Positions 61,901 through 64,000 of a stretch of DNA of 64,000 bases are shown piece by piece (position 1 is the stretch's first letter; the number at the start of each line of letters is the position of its first letter). The translations under genes and the position numbers were made by a program. The stretch is from Planctomycetota bacterium (GTDB lineage: Bacteria > Planctomycetota > JAJSAM01 > JAJVHW01). Under the pieces are notes generated by a model. That model saw only the letters and a list, made by a program, of their open reading frames with translations, did not search any database and was not told the DNA's origin. The stretch spans positions 1,280,001 through 1,344,000 of the forward strand of contig CBDFJG010000003.1 of the NCBI GenBank assembly GCA_965248445.1. The letters are read 5' to 3'.

Positions 61901-62564
61901 CGACTCCGAGGTCGAGCAGCTTGACGGTGTGATCGGGTGTCACCAGCACATTGGCCGGCTTGACCTCGCGGTGCACCGCGCCCGCCGCGTGGATCGCACC
62001 CAGAGCGGATGCGATGTCGCGCCCGAGCTGACGGCAGAGTTCCTCGGGCACCTGCCCGAGTTCCTCCGACAGCGACTGCAGCGGCTGGCCTTCGACGTAC
62101 TCCATGACCAGGAACGGAGCGTGTGCATCGCCCTCATCGGCCCGCGCATCGAGCACGCGCACGACGCCGGGATGCTGCACACCGGCGCCGATTTGCGCCT
62201 CGCGCAGAAAGCGGTCCCTGTGCGTGCCGGTCCTCACCAGGTGCGGATGCAGGAGCTTGATTGCGACCACCTCCCCGCCCCCGGTGGGCTGGGCGCGGAA
62301 CACGGCGCCCATGCCGCCTTCACCGATCGGCTCGAGGAGCTGGTAGCCCTCGACTTCCGTCGGCGTCGCAGACGGTGCGTCGGACGCGTCCTCGGAGAGC
62401 ACGGCCGACTCGGAGTCGTGGTGGCGCAGCAGTTCTTCGACCTCGGCGCGCAGGATTGCATCGCCCGAGCACGCCGTGTCGAGCGCGCCGGCCCGGTCGG
62501 CAGCCGAGACCCCCCGCAAGGCCTCGAACACTTCGGCCATGCGCCGAAAGCGGTCGTCGCTCAC
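58878..62564 (-). CDS. Hanks-type Ser/Thr kinase - AAA ATPase - TPR protein (catalytic loop HRE)
   Basis: 'IGEGGMGAVF', 'VAIK', 'HREVKPANV', 'DLG', 'GSLHYASPEQ'; Walker A 'GEPGIGKS', 'VVEDLH', 'GNPFF'; C-terminal TPRs; GTG overlaps the ECF stop. Confidence 0.9.
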   Translation of the reverse strand: MSDDRFRRMAEVFEALRGVSAADRAGALDTACSGDAILRAEVEELLRHHDSESAVLSEDASDAPSATPTEVEGYQLLEPIGEGGMGAVFRAQPTGGGEVVAIKLLHPHLVRTGTHRDRFLREAQIGAGVQHPGVVRVLDARADEGDAHAPFLVMEYVEGQPLQSLSEELGQVPEELCRQLGRDIASALGAIHAAGAVHREVKPANVLVTPDHTVKLLDLGVARVIDATHELSRTGAFVGSLHYASPEQFSAEQAVDGRADLHALGIVLYELSSGTHLFRGDDVATVVRSVLTTVPRRLGEINPGVSRFFEEVVHTLLAKDPDKRVQTAEELCRLFDDGEESAWWTQRRARLGERLAARRRRAPAATALHGRDNSSAALDAAFAAAQRGDGGVVLVQGEPGIGKSRLLDELALRLERAGTEFDWLFGGYPPFGAAMANGAVVSALRDHFGADAVERSLSALLPGSLSLVRSISALVRGLPPPDDATPLTPDSLAAVVVGALRGLARIRPVVLVVEDLHFAPQEGRALFQALALGARGHRIVLLGTTRPGLPERWLSGLDRLQHVSRVTLSRLGPRDLRELLVEAFHSERLADELGWRLARTSDGNPFFVFEIIRTLRESGLLHRGDDGSWSTTGIIERIELPASVKDIFETRLAALDESDQEILDVAACCGFEFDPLLVTEALGQARIPVLRALGRIEQRHALVHAAGPRFVFDHHQVQELLYERLSPALRREYHAVLGDALERRALAESVTPAEVWGATAAKLASHFLEAESGVRAVPYLTAALEHLEPRSRDEAARLGHRALGAGTALQGAARLPIQRRVSASLEHLGRTDERDAMLAEALQLANDLGDRKSATDILAQRGWSLVMRGSPAEAIEVLASALEAARELGDQRLESAIEGHLGAASGYLGDNETAAQHQHAALAIAREIGDRKLEAKACGGLGVAMWTLGDFTAALEWDERALAISREVGDVRYAAVALGNLAGSYTAAGMYARSMELQDERLRLAREIGYRRGEAIGLGNLALALAVMGRFDEACEMHERQIALSEDVAYRRGVAHALGGTTIARTYQGRYADAERSALEAIEIARECGAKDLEAAAEQALGDCLNALGREEEAAAHLARAHELGDASGLANESTISLLLRAAAGEESVASEARASHERYRDRMGYRVRMHAEHLMWRVTGEREHLDEAWRRLQFLRDNAPAEYRESLMRDQPMHRAIAEDVSAAAGS

Positions 62565-63139
62565 GCGTCCGGGCCCGCGCCCAGCTCGCGGCGCAGCCAA
62601 GCACGCGCCATGTACCAGTCCGCCTCGACGGTCTTTCGGGCGATGCCGACGACGTCGGCGGTCTCCTCCATCGTGAGCCCCCCGAAGAACCTCAGTTCCA
62701 CGACCCGGGCCTTGCGCGCGTCACTCTCGGCAAGGCGCTCCATGGCGGCGTGCAGATCGAGCACATCCAGCCCGCGCTGCTCCTGCGCGTCGAGCACCCC
62801 GTCGAGAGTCACTCGCACGCGGTCACCGCCTCGCTTCAGCGCCCCCCGTGTGCGCGCGTGGTCAACGAGGATCTGTCGCATGAGACGTGCTGCAATTCCG
62901 AGGAAGTGCCCGCGGCCCTGGATGTCCGGCGGGGCTCCGCCGAGCAGTCGCAGGTACGCTTCGTGAATGAGAGCCGTGGCCTGCAGCGTGTGTCCGACTC
63001 TCTCGCGGCGCAGGTAGCCGTCGGCCAGCCGGCGCAACTCCGCGTACAGGTGCGTGGTCAGTTCGCTGGTGGCCGACTCGTCGCCGAGCCTGGCACGATC
63101 CAGGATCTCCCTCGTGAGCGAGGGCCGCGCTTCCGACAT
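62561..63139 (-). CDS. ECF sigma factor of the kinase-associated (ECF43-like) type
   Basis: 'YAELRRLA...HTLQATALIHEAYLRL...HFLGIAARLMRQILVDHAR...KRGG...VVELRFFGGLT..ETA...DWYMARAWL'. Confidence 0.93.
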   Translation of the reverse strand: MSEARPSLTREILDRARLGDESATSELTTHLYAELRRLADGYLRRERVGHTLQATALIHEAYLRLLGGAPPDIQGRGHFLGIAARLMRQILVDHARTRGALKRGGDRVRVTLDGVLDAQEQRGLDVLDLHAAMERLAESDARKARVVELRFFGGLTMEETADVVGIARKTVEADWYMARAWLRRELGAGPDA

Positions 63140-63157
63140 CGTTCGCCTTTCACTCCC

Positions 63158-63186
63158 CGCGCCCCAGTCTCCCAGACCGGGGCGCG
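63158..63186 (-). terminator. GC-rich hairpin between the upstream gene and the ECF gene
   Basis: Minus strand CGCGCCCCGGTCT-GGG-AGACTGGGGCGCG, a 13-bp stem with one G-T pair; no U tract. Confidence 0.35.
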
Positions 63187-63206
63187 AGAGCAAACGGCTC
63201 CAGGTT

Positions 63207-64000
63207 TCACTCCACCCAGTAGTTGAGCACCTCGAACTCGGCGCCCGAGGTCGGGTCCTTGTAGAGGTACGTGAAGAGGCCGAAGCCGAACGCGTTGGCC
63301 TGGAAGTCCCCGAAGTCGGGGATCTGGCCGACGAAGCCCTGGTAAATGGTCGAGGTGCCGTTCGTGATCTTGAGCGTGCTGTTCTCGGCGACGCCGATCC
63401 CGAAGCCTGCCATCACCGTCGCGCCGGTCGTCTCGACGTCGAGCGAGAAGCTGCCTCCCAGGCGCCCGCCCGTGGTCCGTTCCTGCGAGACCTCGAGCGA
63501 CACGTCCTTGGTCAGGCTTCCCTGGTCGACCTGCACGAGTGCCGACTCCAACCCGCTGAACTGATTGAGCAGCGTGTTCTTCTGCCCGCGCGTCGGGTAC
63601 GTCGACACGTCGCCGACCGTGTGCTGGAGGATCGAGTCGTCGATCTTGATCGCGTCCGCGGGCGTGGACTGGTTGTAGAGCTTGCGATCGACCTTCACCG
63701 TGATCGGCGAGCGAGGCAGCGAGATCGTGACCTCCTTGCCGACCAGCTCCGGATCGGGGTGCGACAGGATCGTGTAGCGGTACACGTCGAATGGGATGCT
63801 GCTGAACACGACGCCGTCGTCTTCCGCACCGCTGTTGAACACGATCGTCTTCTTGGTGCTGTACGAGCGGCCGTCGATCTTGCCGACGGTCACCTCGGCC
63901 GTCGCCTTCAAGTTGAAGGCGGTCTGCGTGATGAACCCACCGTCAACGTTGATGCCGAGGTGAGATCGCACGCTGACCGAGAGTTCCTTCTCCGTGGCGT
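63207..64000 (-). CDS. C-terminal part of a large, probably secreted beta-rich protein (partial)
   Basis: Open frame to the window edge; Thr/Ser/Gly-rich beta-strand pattern ending 'FEVLNYWVE*'. Confidence 0.75.
   Translation of the reverse strand, partial: ATEKELSVSVRSHLGINVDGGFITQTAFNLKATAEVTVGKIDGRSYSTKKTIVFNSGAEDDGVVFSSIPFDVYRYTILSHPDPELVGKEVTISLPRSPITVKVDRKLYNQSTPADAIKIDDSILQHTVGDVSTYPTRGQKNTLLNQFSGLESALVQVDQGSLTKDVSLEVSQERTTGGRLGGSFSLDVETTGATVMAGFGIGVAENSTLKITNGTSTIYQGFVGQIPDFGDFQANAFGFGLFTYLYKDPTSGAEFEVLNYWVE

Overview
High-GC bacterial chromosomal segment, most likely from a member of Planctomycetota. This is inferred from a DUF1559-type '[32 protein letters not shown]' prepilin, an ECF sigma factor with an 'HTLQATALIHEAYLRL' motif beside a Ser/Thr kinase, FGE-sulfatase and squalene-oxidase-repeat proteins, and the recO-bamD-lptE gene order. 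About 0-29 kb is mostly housekeeping: the end of an ABC operon, cysS-ispF-ispD, ruvC, recO-bamD-lptE-folP-cdaA-cdaR-glmM-tsaB-alr, an AsmA-like gene, manC-ruvX and rpsO-pnp. About 29-64 kb is accessory and rich in signalling genes. Main observations: (1) an ECF sigma factor followed by an alpha-2-macroglobulin with an N-terminal anti-sigma-like domain, an intact CFEQ thioester and a membrane hairpin near the bait region, a possible protease-sensing sigma switch; (2) a ~1890-aa multi-TM sigma-54 activator (CBM9-like, extracytoplasmic domains, GAF-like, degenerate GGDEF, AAA+, wHTH) next to a secretin and Skp-like operon with a candidate -24/-12 promoter; (3) a ~215-bp diverged direct repeat duplicating the overlapping 3' ends of two convergent genes around a GyrI-like gene; (4) an ECF-paired kinase with HRD changed to HRE; (5) a fixed-spacing TANNNT motif before nine SD-less starts, suggesting leaderless mRNAs; (6) a MITE-like element, structured leaders of rpsO and pnp, an unlisted 50-aa zinc-ribbon ORF, and several single lesions (in-frame TGA, frameshift, in-frame gap). 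No rRNA, tRNA, CRISPR array, transposase or integrase was seen. Family calls come from motif recognition by eye; no database searches were run.
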